Positions 1 to 9,858 of a stretch of DNA of 64,000 nt are shown here, piece after piece. Origin of the DNA: a virus. Position numbers and translations under genes: made by a program. Every line of letters starts with the position of its first letter. The stretch's first letter is position 1. The notes below the pieces were generated by a model. The model was not told the origin of the DNA. It saw nothing but the letters and a program-made list of their open reading frames with translations, and did no database searches. The stretch is taken from IMG/VR virus record IMGVR_UViG_3300023174_000096, positions 41,517 through 105,516 of that record. One strand, written 5' to 3'.

Positions 1-1883
1 GCTCCGACCAAGACCCGAGCCCACAGCCCCCGTCGTCGGGCTACATTGTCGAAGTGTCCTGCTACGCCAAGGGGTTCCAAACGGGCTGGATCGCCCCCGC
101 CACGGCGGGCACCGGGAGCACCGTCCCCGGCGCGGCTGACAACGCCCAAGCCTACACCACGGGGCAGTACCTCAAAGGCTCGACGGGCCAGAGCCTCACG
201 ATCTTCGGCGGCGAGGACACCATCGAGATCCTCCCCGAGGTGGCTTGGCCAGATGGCTACACCCCCGGGAGTGGCACCCTCCCGGCGGGTAACACCCCGC
301 TCTATTTCTACCTCGACCCCTCCGCGCCCGAGCCCATCATCAAAGCCTTCGGCAAGAGCGCGGATGGCAGGACGTACTACAACCAACGGGCGTTCTTCGT
401 CCCCGAGCGGTCTGTGTTCACGCAGATGGTGGCCGGGGCGAACTACTCGTTTGAGCTCAAGAAAGAGGAGCTCCCCAAGTTCTGCCCCATCGTCAACGGG
501 CGCATGGACACGGCGCTCGCCCAAGACCCGCAGACCGTGTACGTCCGGGTCACCCCTGTCACAGGGCGCATCACCGAGACCAACTACACCCAAGCCCGGT
601 GGACCCCGCGTGCCCGTCACGACGACAACGCCGTGCTGGTGAACATCGTCTGCACGTCGGGCAACGCTGAACCTCCCATCGGGAACCCGGACTTCGGCAT
701 CCCGAGCGAGGTGCTGGAGGTGGCGATCCCCACCGTGAATCAGAACCTCTACTCCAAGGCCGTCCAGACGGCCATCGCCGTGCTGGTGCTGTCGCGGAGC
801 GATCTCATGGCTCCCGACCCCATCACTGAGAACGCACCCCCAGACCCGGCGACCCAAGACCGCACCTACCGCCCGACAGGGCTGGAAAGCGCCGCCACCG
901 AGGTGTTCCGCTGGATGAACATCCAGAACCCATCGGACTATTTCTCGCGGCGCAACATCTCCCCCACGTCGTTCACCGACGACATCTACACCCGCATCGT
1001 GGAACAGGCCGACAGGTACATCCGCACGCAGGGGGCTCTCCCCCCGTCCGTGCTGAACGCGATGTCCACGACCCTCCACGACCTCGTGAATTGGAAGTGG
1101 TCCGACGCCCCCGACGCGCGAAACAACCAAGCTCTCCGGTACACGATTCTGGAGTCCCTCACGGTGCCCACGGAGTCCGGGCTCACGCCCGTGACCCCGC
1201 TGGCGATGAACCGCTACGACACCAAGCAGTACTACTCGGCCACGACCCCCGCCGACGTGTTGAACCAACTCAACGAGAAATGGAGTGAGTCAGGCTTCGG
1301 CATCCGATATCACAGGGCGTCCGTAGACGCTGCCCCGGTGGTCGGCCCGTCACTGGAGGCCAGCCCGCAGTACTGGTACGCGCGGCAACTGATCCCCGAG
1401 AGCATCTACCAGAAGGCGCGGATGGTGCTGGGCATCACGTCCAATCAGTCCGCGAGGCGCGTGGGCTCGTGGGTGGCCACCAAGCCCTTTACCGTGCGAG
1501 CGCCCACGGGACGGCTCCTCAGCATCCTCAACAAAGTGGAGGGGGCCAGTAACCTGATCCTGTCGGGCGCGCAGACCGGGGCGGATGCCGTCCTGCGATT
1601 CATCTCGTTCCTTGAGCAGCGGGTGCGGGAGATCCAAGAGACGATCAAGCGCCTCGATGCCCTGCTCGACCTGCCGTTTCAGGTGCCCGTGCCCGAGGCG
1701 AAAGCACTGTTGCTGATCACCAATGGGTCATCAGGCATCGTGACCGGGCTCCTCCAAGCCGAGGGCAAGCCCCAAGATGGACCCGGTGCCTACGCTGGCG
1801 GGATCGTGCTGGTGGCGGGCGGGAGCGTCCCAAGAGTTCTCATCGAGCTCCTCTCAGCGGGCATCCGTTCCGCAGGGGATTGA
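1..1883 (+). CDS. 5'-truncated large hypothetical protein, probable virion/baseplate-associated
   Basis: Frame is open from position 3 to TGA at 1881-1883 (>609 aa). GC3-rich codons, Thr/Pro/Gly-rich N-part, coiled-coil-like C-part (FLEQRVREIQETIKRLD). Confidence 0.6.
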   Translation, partial: SDQDPSPQPPSSGYIVEVSCYAKGFQTGWIAPATAGTGSTVPGAADNAQAYTTGQYLKGSTGQSLTIFGGEDTIEILPEVAWPDGYTPGSGTLPAGNTPLYFYLDPSAPEPIIKAFGKSADGRTYYNQRAFFVPERSVFTQMVAGANYSFELKKEELPKFCPIVNGRMDTALAQDPQTVYVRVTPVTGRITETNYTQARWTPRARHDDNAVLVNIVCTSGNAEPPIGNPDFGIPSEVLEVAIPTVNQNLYSKAVQTAIAVLVLSRSDLMAPDPITENAPPDPATQDRTYRPTGLESAATEVFRWMNIQNPSDYFSRRNISPTSFTDDIYTRIVEQADRYIRTQGALPPSVLNAMSTTLHDLVNWKWSDAPDARNNQALRYTILESLTVPTESGLTPVTPLAMNRYDTKQYYSATTPADVLNQLNEKWSESGFGIRYHRASVDAAPVVGPSLEASPQYWYARQLIPESIYQKARMVLGITSNQSARRVGSWVATKPFTVRAPTGRLLSILNKVEGASNLILSGAQTGADAVLRFISFLEQRVREIQETIKRLDALLDLPFQVPVPEAKALLLITNGSSGIVTGLLQAEGKPQDGPGAYAGGIVLVAGGSVPRVLIELLSAGIRSAGD

Positions 1884-2569
1884 TACTTGGCCGCGATGCG
1901 GTCGAAGAGCTCTGGCAGGGCAAAGAACCGCCTCTTCGTGCTTGGGTCAGACGGTGGGAGCAGCCCCTCCAGAGTGACCCACGCTCGCAGGGTGTTCTCG
2001 CGCACGCCGATTCTCTTCGCGGCTTCCTTGGTGGTCTCTTTTCCCACCCTCTCGTCCGCGATGTGCCTCTCCCAAGCCACGGCAGCTTCGCGGGCGTCGT
2101 CAATGTCCACATACCGGACCCCGTCCCGCTTCCCGGCGTAGCTGAACCGCCGCACCTGCACGCTGGCGAACTTCAAGATCCGCAGGGTCTTGTAGTAGTC
2201 GTAGCCCCACGACGGGTCGTCCGAGAGGGACTTCACTGACACCATCCCTTGAGGGGGTCCCGCGCGCAGCCCCAACGTGTGCGCCCGCTCGTAGATGGCA
2301 GGGCGAGTCCTGTTGGGGAGGGCTTGGCGCATCAACCGCATGGATTGGTCGTTCCACCCGTCGAGGAGGACTTGATCTTCTTCGGGCGTCCACAGGGCCG
2401 GATCAGTCCACCCGTTGAGGTTCAACTTCTTGTAGACCGCCGCCTTGGTCCGGTGTGGGAACCGCTTGAAGATGGCCTTCCAGTTGAAGCTGCGGTTCCG
2501 CACCCTCTTGGCCGTCAAGCGTTGGAGGTCAGCTAGGTCTTCGGGGGTCCAAGGTGTCGGTCGCGGCAT
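1790..2569 (-). CDS. Myb/SANT-like repeat and HTH DNA-binding protein
   Basis: Two repeats, WTPEDLADL..FPHRTKAAV and WTPEEDQVL..LPNRTRPAIYERAHTLGL, plus C-terminal HTH-like TTKEAAKRIGVRENTLRAWV. ATG at 2569 is preceded by a GCGTAAT motif. Confidence 0.6.
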   Translation of the reverse strand: MPRPTPWTPEDLADLQRLTAKRVRNRSFNWKAIFKRFPHRTKAAVYKKLNLNGWTDPALWTPEEDQVLLDGWNDQSMRLMRQALPNRTRPAIYERAHTLGLRAGPPQGMVSVKSLSDDPSWGYDYYKTLRILKFASVQVRRFSYAGKRDGVRYVDIDDAREAAVAWERHIADERVGKETTKEAAKRIGVRENTLRAWVTLEGLLPPSDPSTKRRFFALPELFDRIAAKYQSPAERMPAERSSMRTLGTLPPATSTIPPA

Positions 2570-2606
2570 GGTGCAGGAGATTACGCACGGAGAGCGTAAG
2601 TGAGGC

Positions 2607-2792
2607 ATGACCGACGCCAACGACGAGAACGTCATCCGAGCGATGACGGCCTATCTGGAAGATAGCCTGTCCCAAGAGAAGCTCCTGCGAGAGCTCCTCG
2701 CGAAAGCTGGTTACAACGACCCGGACGCCTCCGTGGAGGAGTGTGTGGCGAGGCTGGTGCAGGATCACCTCCGACTGAGGGTGCCGTGCTGA
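2607..2792 (+). CDS. small hypothetical protein
   Basis: 61-aa ORF with GAGG RBS; its stop overlaps the next start. Confidence 0.6.
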   Translation: MTDANDENVIRAMTAYLEDSLSQEKLLRELLAKAGYNDPDASVEECVARLVQDHLRLRVPC

Positions 2793-3154
2793 TCCTCGAC
2801 CACACCGACCTCGCCAAGCACCTTGACTGCGAGGCCACGGAGAGAGGCATCGTAGCCGTGCTGTACCAGAACACCGAGTGCGGGATCATCTTCGACCTCG
2901 TCCCCGGTGGTGTGAAGGTCACCGGGTACTGCGAGGGTGTGGATGAGGCGTGTGAGCCCCGCACCCTCCAGTACCCCTTCGACAGCGCCACGTTCGACAG
3001 CATCGTGGACGATGCTGACCGGGACGGGGTCGAGCTCTGGAACCAGACCCACGGATGCCCGGACTGCTACCCGGATCGAGACATCTACGACGACGGCCCC
3101 ATGTTGGTAGACCCCGAGTGCGCCACCTGTGGTGGCGAGGGGACGGTTCTGTAG
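2786..3154 (+). CDS. hypothetical protein with C-terminal CxxC...CxxC zinc-binding motif
   Basis: GTG at 2786 is coupled to the upstream stop. Acidic protein with CPDC...CATC. Confidence 0.6.
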   Translation: MLILDHTDLAKHLDCEATERGIVAVLYQNTECGIIFDLVPGGVKVTGYCEGVDEACEPRTLQYPFDSATFDSIVDDADRDGVELWNQTHGCPDCYPDRDIYDDGPMLVDPECATCGGEGTVL

Positions 3155-3161
3155 GTACAGT

Positions 3162-3244
3162 AGTGTCGGTGCGTCGAAGCGACGCGGCGAACGGCGAACC
3201 CCCCCTCGCCAAAGTTCGCCGTGTCACTTCGGCGCATCGGCGTT
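3162..3244 (+). ncRNA. long imperfect RNA hairpin (structured leader or ncRNA candidate)
   Basis: 3165-3192 pairs with 3214-3241 over 28 positions (4 G-U, 1 C-A mismatch). Inner 5-bp stem GGCGA/TCGCC with loop ACCCCCCC. Intergenic. Confidence 0.55.
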
Positions 3245-3266
3245 TCAACCCCACGAAGCGCGAGCC

Positions 3267-3647
3267 ATGACTGACGCACCTCAATGTCGCCTCTGCCGTG
3301 ATGGCACCTACGCCACGATGTCCCTCAAGATGTTCTCCGACGAGGACTGCGAGTGGACGCACTACTGTGACCCGTGCGGCGAGGCGATGGCCTCCGTGAT
3401 CCGCGACGGGCAGAAACGCGAGCCCGAGCGACAGGTCTTGGCCCCACCCCCCGAGGGGAAGGCACCGGAGGCGACCGTGAAGGCCCGGGCCAAGAAGAAG
3501 GCACCGGAGGCCGCTGCGAAAGCTCCTGCCAAGGCTGCACAACCTACGGCCAAGGCCCCAGAGGCACCCACACCGCCCGCCCGGAAAACGGCCCCCGCCA
3601 AGAACACGGGCGGCTACGACCTCCTCGCCCTGCTGGGGATGAAGTGA
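3267..3647 (+). CDS. zinc-finger protein with Ala/Lys/Pro-rich tail
   Basis: CRLC...CDPC at the N-terminus, followed by KAP-rich low-complexity repeats. Confidence 0.6.
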   Translation: MTDAPQCRLCRDGTYATMSLKMFSDEDCEWTHYCDPCGEAMASVIRDGQKREPERQVLAPPPEGKAPEATVKARAKKKAPEAAAKAPAKAAQPTAKAPEAPTPPARKTAPAKNTGGYDLLALLGMK

Positions 3648-3874
3648 TGGGGCGACCGAAAGGTGCCAGCCAACAGACCCTCCGGGCTATCCGCCTCCTG
3701 CGTCGGCTCGACCGGGGGGAGCGCATCTGCCTCTACCGCACGGCAGAGGAATTGGGCGTGTCGGACCGGACTCTGAGCCGAGACATCCGGGTGCTTCGTG
3801 AGGCCGGGGAGAAGGTCGTCCGTCGTGGGGACAAGTTCTGGATCGAAGCCAAGGCAAAGGACGTGACACCGTGA
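3647..3874 (+). CDS. small winged-HTH (HTH_11/DeoR-like) transcriptional regulator
   Basis: AEELGVSDRTLSRDIRVLREAG is a classical HTH motif. TGATG coupling with the upstream gene. Confidence 0.75.
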   Translation: MGRPKGASQQTLRAIRLLRRLDRGERICLYRTAEELGVSDRTLSRDIRVLREAGEKVVRRGDKFWIEAKAKDVTP

Positions 3875-4116
3875 GCACACTGATCGAAGAGGCCCAAGGC
3901 GTTCTCGACGCACACCTCACCCCCCACGGGGCTACGATCCGCGCCGAGGAGCGAGACACCGACTCCCTGTACGTCACGGTCGCCGTGGGCGGTAAGACCT
4001 TCGACGAAACGATCCTCGTGGCCGGGATGCCCGCCGAGGTGAAAGGTGAGTACGTCCACTGCCGCGCCCATGCGCTCGCGGCACGGGTGCTCGCCTATAT
4101 GCACCCGGTGGCATGA
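3871..4116 (+). CDS. hypothetical protein
   Basis: 81-aa ORF, GTGA overlap with the upstream stop. Confidence 0.6.
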   Translation: MSTLIEEAQGVLDAHLTPHGATIRAEERDTDSLYVTVAVGGKTFDETILVAGMPAEVKGEYVHCRAHALAARVLAYMHPVA

Positions 4117-4250
4117 ATGAAGGCTGGACGCGAGACGAACCGACCGAGGAACCCCCCGACGAGGTCAACTTCTGGAATCTCGTGCCCCTTGTCGTAGGCG
4201 CTTGGGCGGTAGGCTATTTTGGCGTGACGTGGTTTGTGCTGTGGAGGTGA
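4113..4250 (+). CDS. 45-aa single-pass membrane protein (not in ORF track)
   Basis: ATGA overlap. [45 protein letters not shown]: acidic N-terminus plus a hydrophobic helix. Confidence 0.6.
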   Translation: MNEGWTRDEPTEEPPDEVNFWNLVPLVVGAWAVGYFGVTWFVLWR

Positions 4251-4252
4251 CG

Positions 4253-5146
4253 ATGAGGGACATCCGCTACTGGGCCGAAAAGATCAACCCGCTTACGGAC
4301 TACGCCTTCACGCAGTTCTTGATGGGCAACCGCACGTTTGAGGAGTGCGCGCAGGAAGCCCTCGACAACGTGCTGAAGGCCGAAGATGCCAACGGGGCGA
4401 GCGCCCTTGAGGGGATCGAGTGGGCGCTTCACGAGCTTGAGGCGGACGAGGCTGCGCGCGATGAAGTGGTGGCGAAGCTGGAGGACGTGCGGGAGATGCT
4501 GAAAGAACGCTTTCGTCCCGTGGACGGCGATGCGAAGGTCGAGTTCCCCAAGGGCGCTCCCGGCATCCTCCCAGACCACGAGATCACCGCGCTCGCCCAA
4601 GCCGGGATGATCACCCCCTATGAGAGCTCGCAAGTCTCGAAGCGCGACGATCAACGGGTGATCTCCTACGGGGTGAGCTCTTACGGGTACGACGCGAGGG
4701 TATCCGACGACTTCAAGGTGTTCACGAACACCTACGGCACGGTGGTGGACCCCAAGAACTTCGACGACCGCAGCTTCGTGGACGTGAAGGCCCAACTAGG
4801 CCGAGACGGGTACACCATCACCATTCCCCCCCACAGCTTCGTTCTGGGCCGCACCGTCGAACGGTTCCGCATCCCCCGGGACGTGCTGGTGGTGTGCGTC
4901 GGGAAGTCCACCTATGCCCGCTGCGGGATCATCGTGAACGTGACCCCGCTGGAGCCCGAATGGGAAGGTCACGTCACGCTTGAGTTCAGCAACACCACCC
5001 CGCTGCCCGCGAAGCTGTACGCCAACGAGGGGGCGTGCCAGTTCATCTTCTTGCGGTCTGCATCCCCCTGCCAGACCTCCTACGCCGACCGCAAGGGCAA
5101 GTACCAAGGGCAGACCGGGGTGACACCCCCGAGGATGGTGAAGTGA
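4253..5146 (+). CDS. dcd: dCTP deaminase with ~100-aa N-terminal extension
   Basis: [53 protein letters not shown] before ATG 4253. Confidence 0.95.
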   Translation: MRDIRYWAEKINPLTDYAFTQFLMGNRTFEECAQEALDNVLKAEDANGASALEGIEWALHELEADEAARDEVVAKLEDVREMLKERFRPVDGDAKVEFPKGAPGILPDHEITALAQAGMITPYESSQVSKRDDQRVISYGVSSYGYDARVSDDFKVFTNTYGTVVDPKNFDDRSFVDVKAQLGRDGYTITIPPHSFVLGRTVERFRIPRDVLVVCVGKSTYARCGIIVNVTPLEPEWEGHVTLEFSNTTPLPAKLYANEGACQFIFLRSASPCQTSYADRKGKYQGQTGVTPPRMVK

Positions 5147-5859
5147 GCCTGTACACCGACTTCAGCGGCGTGCCGGATGGCACCTACGATGTCATCTATG
5201 CCGACCCGCCCTGGTACTACTACGGCGACGGCGACAAGTACGGTGCCGCCGGGAAGCACTACGGGCTGATGTCCGACGCTGACCTCGCAACGATGCCCGT
5301 GCGGGCGAAGTGTCGCGAACAGGCCGTGATGTTTATGTGGGCGACGTGCCCGAGGCTCGACGCCGCTTTGGACCTCATGGTCCGTTGGGGATTTCACTAC
5401 CGAGGCGTGGCCTTCGTGTGGGTGAAGACCTCCGTCACCGGGCGGGTGATCCACGGGCAGGGCGTCCGCCCCACGGTGGTGAAGCCCACGACGGAGCTGG
5501 TGCTGGTGGGCAGCACGCGACCGATCAAGCGCCCGTTACCGTTGGTAGACGAAAGCGTCGGGCAGGTGATCATGGCCCCCCGCGCGCGGCATTCCGAGAA
5601 GCCCTTGGAGGCACGCCGTCGTATCGAACAACTGTTTCAGCCCGACGTGCGCCGCCTAGAGATGTTCGCCCGAGGCGGTAATGTCGCCGGGTGGGATCGC
5701 TTCGGCAACGACCTACACGACGGGGGCGTCAGCCTCGAAGGACTACTGCGAATCCATGACGGCCAAGAAGAAAGTTACCTCTCGGAAGGCATCACCGAAG
5801 AAGCCTTCGATCAAGAAGACCTCTCAAAAACGGGTCGCGAAGCGGACACCCCCGAGTAA
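5143..5859 (+). CDS. MT-A70 family adenine methyltransferase
   Basis: [44 protein letters not shown]. Confidence 0.9.
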   Translation: MSLYTDFSGVPDGTYDVIYADPPWYYYGDGDKYGAAGKHYGLMSDADLATMPVRAKCREQAVMFMWATCPRLDAALDLMVRWGFHYRGVAFVWVKTSVTGRVIHGQGVRPTVVKPTTELVLVGSTRPIKRPLPLVDESVGQVIMAPRARHSEKPLEARRRIEQLFQPDVRRLEMFARGGNVAGWDRFGNDLHDGGVSLEGLLRIHDGQEESYLSEGITEEAFDQEDLSKTGREADTPE

Positions 5860-6112
5860 GTCGGCTAAACAACCCATGCCGCCCGACTTTGAGGCGAGTC
5901 TCGATGAAGATACCGTGGCCAGCCTTCGATCTGCAACCGGGCCAAGAGACTACGTCCTCCGCACGCGCGCTGGGAAGTTCTTGCACGAGGTATCCGACCT
6001 CGTGGTCGCCAATCAGTTGGCCCGGGCGCTGGGCGTGCGGGTCAAGGTGTTCAAGCGCACCAAGGACGGAGAAGTCCTCATGTCCTACAGCGGGCCGGGG
6101 AAGTGGGACTGA
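5756..6112 (+). CDS. hypothetical protein with Lys-rich N-terminus
   Basis: [21 protein letters not shown]... Overlaps the tail of the MT-A70 gene and is coupled to the next gene. Confidence 0.55.
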   Translation: MTAKKKVTSRKASPKKPSIKKTSQKRVAKRTPPSKSAKQPMPPDFEASLDEDTVASLRSATGPRDYVLRTRAGKFLHEVSDLVVANQLARALGVRVKVFKRTKDGEVLMSYSGPGKWD

Positions 6113-6474
6113 TGTCCGAGGGGCACACCTGTTCGTGGGCGACTCCCGACGGTTGCCGCGAAAGCTGGGTAGTTCCCCGCCTGTGGGAGGCATCGAAGGG
6201 CCTCCCCGTGACCGAGGTTCGCCTCGACACCCTTGAAGAAGTCACCCTCTCCTACGGGTGGCTACGTCACTGTCGGGATGACTCGCACCCGATGGTCATA
6301 ACCGAGATGGGGCGGGTGAACGACGCCGACCTCACCTACCCGATCATCCTGCACCCCGAAGGGTGGTTGATGGACGGATACCACCGTGTGGCGCGGGCGT
6401 TGCGGGAAGGGCGGGGCACTATCCCCGCCGTGCGATTCACCTACGGGACGTTGCCCCCGCCGTCGAACGGCTAG
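6112..6474 (+). CDS. ParB/Srx-like N-terminal domain protein
   Basis: YPIILHPEGWLMDGYHRVARA matches the ParB-like DGxHR motif. Confidence 0.7.
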   Translation: MSEGHTCSWATPDGCRESWVVPRLWEASKGLPVTEVRLDTLEEVTLSYGWLRHCRDDSHPMVITEMGRVNDADLTYPIILHPEGWLMDGYHRVARALREGRGTIPAVRFTYGTLPPPSNG

Positions 6475-6866
6475 ACGGGCTTGGGACCGTTACCGTCCCA
6501 CGGCAGGGCGAACTTCCCGTCGATCATCCGCTGGTTGACGCTGACCGTCTCCCCTTGGACGCAGATGTCCGCGAGCCAGCGCCCGTACTTGTCGGCCTTG
6601 TGGGAGGTCACCCGTAAGGGCTTCCCGACGAGCATCCCCTCCAGCGCCGCCTTCGCGGCGAGGCCCACAGCCCTCGACGGACCCGTCACTTCCGGGGTGT
6701 TGATCCCCTTCAGCCGGAAGGTGACTTCAGCAGTCTTGGTGAGCGCCATCGTGTCCTTGACGTGGAAGCCGAAGTCCACGTCAAGGGTGAAGGTCTTGGC
6801 GAGACGGAGCACCACCGTGTCGCCGTCGATCACCCGCACGCACGTCCCGTCGTAACTGTAGTCCAC
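6471..6866 (-). CDS. thermonuclease (SNase-like) family nuclease
   Basis: RVIDGDTV, RLKGINTPE, DKYGRWLA. Confidence 0.9.
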   Translation of the reverse strand: MDYSYDGTCVRVIDGDTVVLRLAKTFTLDVDFGFHVKDTMALTKTAEVTFRLKGINTPEVTGPSRAVGLAAKAALEGMLVGKPLRVTSHKADKYGRWLADICVQGETVSVNQRMIDGKFALPWDGNGPKPV

Positions 6867-6877
6867 TGTTCACCTGT

Positions 6878-8242
6878 TCAGTAGTCGATGTTCTCCCCCG
6901 TACCCGTACGGGAGCGAATCTGGATTCCGTTCGGCACGTTGCCCTTGTCGGTGGACATGGGGAACACGGCGTCGGGCGTGACGGACCACGGTGCGCCCGT
7001 CTGTTTGTCGTACGTCTCGCGGTACGGGCGGTAGGGGTACCGGGTCTGCGGCCACGGGAGGTTGGGCGACGCCAGCACGATTTCCACGGGTACGTCGTAC
7101 CGGATGTCGTTCGGGTCGATGTACGCGATGTTGAAGTGCTGCTGCATCACGTTGCCACGGTTCGTGGGACGGCGCACCGGGCCAACGCTGTACCGCTCGT
7201 TGTTCTGCTTGAGGACGAAGTCGCGCATCGAGATGATGGGCGAGAAGCTCGTCCACACCTCGTAGCTGTGCTCTTTTCTCCGTCCGTTGGGCGTCTGCGA
7301 GATACGCTTCTCGGCGTCGTCCGGGGCCATCAGGATGTCGTAGGGACCCTCAAAGCCGCCAACAAATCCCGTCCCGTAGCAGACCCGGCACCTGTTGCTG
7401 GGCTGCTTGTTGTAGGCGCGGGACTGCGGGTCGGTCTCGCTGCGGCAAGGGCAGGGCATCCCGCTGACCTTCTGGACGAAGAGCTTCACCCGCTCGCCGC
7501 CCTGTTCCAAGATCCAGCGGTTGCGGCGCATGGCCTCGCGCCAGATGTAGTCAAGCTGCTCGATCTGCATATCCGACGCGGGCATCGTCTGATCCAACGG
7601 CGTCTCGATGTACCCCGTGGTTGATCCTTCCGCGACCGCCACCGTGGTCACCCGGTAGAAGAGCTTGCGGTCGATCATCGTGTTCGGGTAGAGCACGTTC
7701 CGGGCGGTGTAGTAGCTGACCACCACGGCGCTGTTGGGGCCGGGGAGGGGTGATTCCACGTTGCGGTCATCGCGCGGGTCGATCTCCACCTGCGTCTGGA
7801 GAGTGATTTCTCCCGTCTGGCCAAACACGGTGCCGACCCAAGCGGGCACGCCGTCGATGGTGACCAGCACGTCCTCCGGGGAGTTCGCGGGCACCCCCTG
7901 TGCGCGAGGCTTCGCGATGGGGTAGCGGGTCTTGAGGGTCCAGCGCGCCGCGTTTGGCGCGTCCCCCTTGGACTGCCACCCGCCCTCCCAAGGGATCACC
8001 TCACTGGAGACCAGCGCCACGTCGGTGAAGTCCCGGTAGAACGTCGCGCTCACCGGGTAGCTGTTCAACCGCTTGAACGGCCCCCGGTCGCTCGCCTCGC
8101 TACGGTAGACGTTCACGCCCACCACGTTGTACTCGGTGTTCGCGCCGATCAGGGATGGGTCATCCCAACGGATGTCCAGCACGCCCTTGCCGAAGGGCGA
8201 CACGACCATCGTGTTCAGCGGCGGCTGCGGGTACAGGGACAT
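6878..8242 (-). CDS. virion structural protein, possible head-tail connector/neck protein
   Basis: Fn3-like N-terminus (IRWDDP..VVGVNVYRS) and CPC..CRVCYGTGFVGG zinc motif. Late-type motif upstream. Confidence 0.5.
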   Translation of the reverse strand: MSLYPQPPLNTMVVSPFGKGVLDIRWDDPSLIGANTEYNVVGVNVYRSEASDRGPFKRLNSYPVSATFYRDFTDVALVSSEVIPWEGGWQSKGDAPNAARWTLKTRYPIAKPRAQGVPANSPEDVLVTIDGVPAWVGTVFGQTGEITLQTQVEIDPRDDRNVESPLPGPNSAVVVSYYTARNVLYPNTMIDRKLFYRVTTVAVAEGSTTGYIETPLDQTMPASDMQIEQLDYIWREAMRRNRWILEQGGERVKLFVQKVSGMPCPCRSETDPQSRAYNKQPSNRCRVCYGTGFVGGFEGPYDILMAPDDAEKRISQTPNGRRKEHSYEVWTSFSPIISMRDFVLKQNNERYSVGPVRRPTNRGNVMQQHFNIAYIDPNDIRYDVPVEIVLASPNLPWPQTRYPYRPYRETYDKQTGAPWSVTPDAVFPMSTDKGNVPNGIQIRSRTGTGENIDY

Positions 8243-8276
8243 ACCCTAGCGGGGGGATAAGGCGGGAAACGGCGGG

Positions 8277-8996
8277 TCAGTGCCAGACGGAGAACTCGTA
8301 CTTGTAGTTGATCTTGTTGGCCTTGAGCCAGTCGTCGAAGTCGTCCCAAGAGATGCCCTTCAGCGCGTCCGGGCTGGCCGTGAGCATCTGGTAGAACTTC
8401 CGAGCCGCCGTGGCGGACGACGACTTGATGATGGTGTAGTGCGGGTCCGACTGCTCAAAATCGCTGTTGGGCGAGTAGGACTTGAACTCCAGCCACTCGG
8501 CCTTCACCGAGAAGTTCTTGCCGTACACCGTGATGGGCTCGACGTTCTCGGGCACCACCGAGAGGTAGTTCACGAGGTCGTCGTACCACTTCACGCCAGA
8601 GAGGTCTCGCATCGGGTCGTACCCCGGCGTGGCGTGGGCTCGCACGTCGGCAAGCACCTTCTCGCTGGTCATCGCGCCGAAGATCTTGTCCTTGATCGTG
8701 TCGAACGAGTCCATCGCGGAAATCTTGCCGTAGTGGCGGATGAGGTTGATGGGCATCCACGCATCGAACTTCGTGGAGAAGTAGGGGTTCCGCAACTCGG
8801 ACACGCGGAGCTTGCGCTTCCCCTTGGCCGGGAGCTCCTCCAGCTTGAACTCGTAGCGGTCCCACGTCAGACGCCACCCGTCACCGACGAGGACACCTTC
8901 CATGGCTCCCGCCGTCTTGAGGATGGGCAGGAGGTGAGGGCGAAGGGTGGGTTGTTGATGGGCCAGACGGATCAGCTTGGAACGGAGTGTTGACAT
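8277..8996 (-). CDS. hypothetical protein with conserved N-terminal leader (copy 1)
   Basis: Begins [30 protein letters not shown]; GAGGA RBS. Confidence 0.75.
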   Translation of the reverse strand: MSTLRSKLIRLAHQQPTLRPHLLPILKTAGAMEGVLVGDGWRLTWDRYEFKLEELPAKGKRKLRVSELRNPYFSTKFDAWMPINLIRHYGKISAMDSFDTIKDKIFGAMTSEKVLADVRAHATPGYDPMRDLSGVKWYDDLVNYLSVVPENVEPITVYGKNFSVKAEWLEFKSYSPNSDFEQSDPHYTIIKSSSATAARKFYQMLTASPDALKGISWDDFDDWLKANKINYKYEFSVWH

Positions 8997-9039
8997 GGGC
9001 ATTCCTCTCACATCTCGCAGCTATAAAGAGACCAACGAC

Positions 9040-9288
9040 GTGTGGCATGTCTACGTCCTCACCAGCACCGTCCGGGCTGTCACCTACGTCGGCTGCACCA
9101 ACGACGTGGGGCGCAGGGTGCGCCAGCACAACGGAGAACTCTCTGGGGGCGCGCGGTTCACCCAACGATGGCGACCGTGGGTGCTTGGGGTGGTGTACGG
9201 GCCGTTCGACGGGCGGGGTGATGCCCAGCGGGCCGAGAGGCTGGTGAAGCGCCTACGAGGCCCCGCGCGCCTACGATGGCGGGCGTAA
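9040..9288 (+). CDS. GIY-YIG nuclease, Slx1-like
   Basis: [28 protein letters not shown]...RPW; A..AE helix. Confidence 0.85.
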   Translation: MWHVYVLTSTVRAVTYVGCTNDVGRRVRQHNGELSGGARFTQRWRPWVLGVVYGPFDGRGDAQRAERLVKRLRGPARLRWRA

Positions 9289-9310
9289 CTACCCGTGGAA
9301 AGGAGCACCC

Positions 9311-9808
9311 ATGATGGGCGCTTTCAACGAGGTAGACGACATGTTCCGTGGAGTTCAGTACAACAAGTTCACGAGTGGGCAGATCCGCGAGGCGATGAAC
9401 CGCAAGGTCGAGGCGGTGCGAGCGAAGATCGAGGAGCGCCGGGGCCGCATCGACAAGATCACCCGCGAGAACGAGATCACCCCCGAGGCCCTGTCCGACC
9501 TCATCGTGCAGTACTCGCAGGACCAGCGCCGGGGCGGAGGGGCCAAGATGTCCTACTCGATCCCGAACAGCAACACTTCTTCTGGCAACCGGACCAAGGA
9601 GACGGTGGTGCCCGCTGGGGTGATCGCCAACCTCGTGACCGAGAAGGAGCTCGTCACCTCCGAGACGGCAGAGGTGAAGCGCCTCGACCTCATCCTCCGC
9701 AACCTCAAGGACGACCAGCCCTTCGTGGACGAGAAGACGGGGGAGCTCCGTTCGCGCGCCGTGATCCACACGCTGGACGACGCCGAGATCGAGTATCTCG
9801 GCTTCTAG
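9311..9808 (+). CDS. hypothetical protein
   Basis: 165-aa ORF with AGGAG RBS and GGGCGTAAC upstream. Confidence 0.7.
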   Translation: MMGAFNEVDDMFRGVQYNKFTSGQIREAMNRKVEAVRAKIEERRGRIDKITRENEITPEALSDLIVQYSQDQRRGGGAKMSYSIPNSNTSSGNRTKETVVPAGVIANLVTEKELVTSETAEVKRLDLILRNLKDDQPFVDEKTGELRSRAVIHTLDDAEIEYLGF

Positions 9809-9858
9809 CCTGTCAGTATCCTCGGCCTTCCAACGTCCAGAGGGGCGTAATGAAGACC

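Noticed and set aside
3162-3244. tRNA or rho-independent terminator reading of the hairpin
   Set aside because: No cloverleaf or T-loop, and only three T residues follow an unusually long stem.
3450-3610. Repeated AAGGCACCGGAGGC-like units
   Set aside because: These encode KAPEA low-complexity protein repeats, not a CRISPR array or DNA repeat element.
8907-8996. Leader-encoding DNA as a possible mobile repeat or DGR template
   Set aside because: The copies differ largely at synonymous positions, with no terminal repeats and no reverse transcriptase in the window. Conservation is at the protein level.
9295-9849. N-terminal part of the 581-aa ORF
   Set aside because: It overlaps the better 9311-9808 gene in another frame. 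The real start is at 9850 or 9859.
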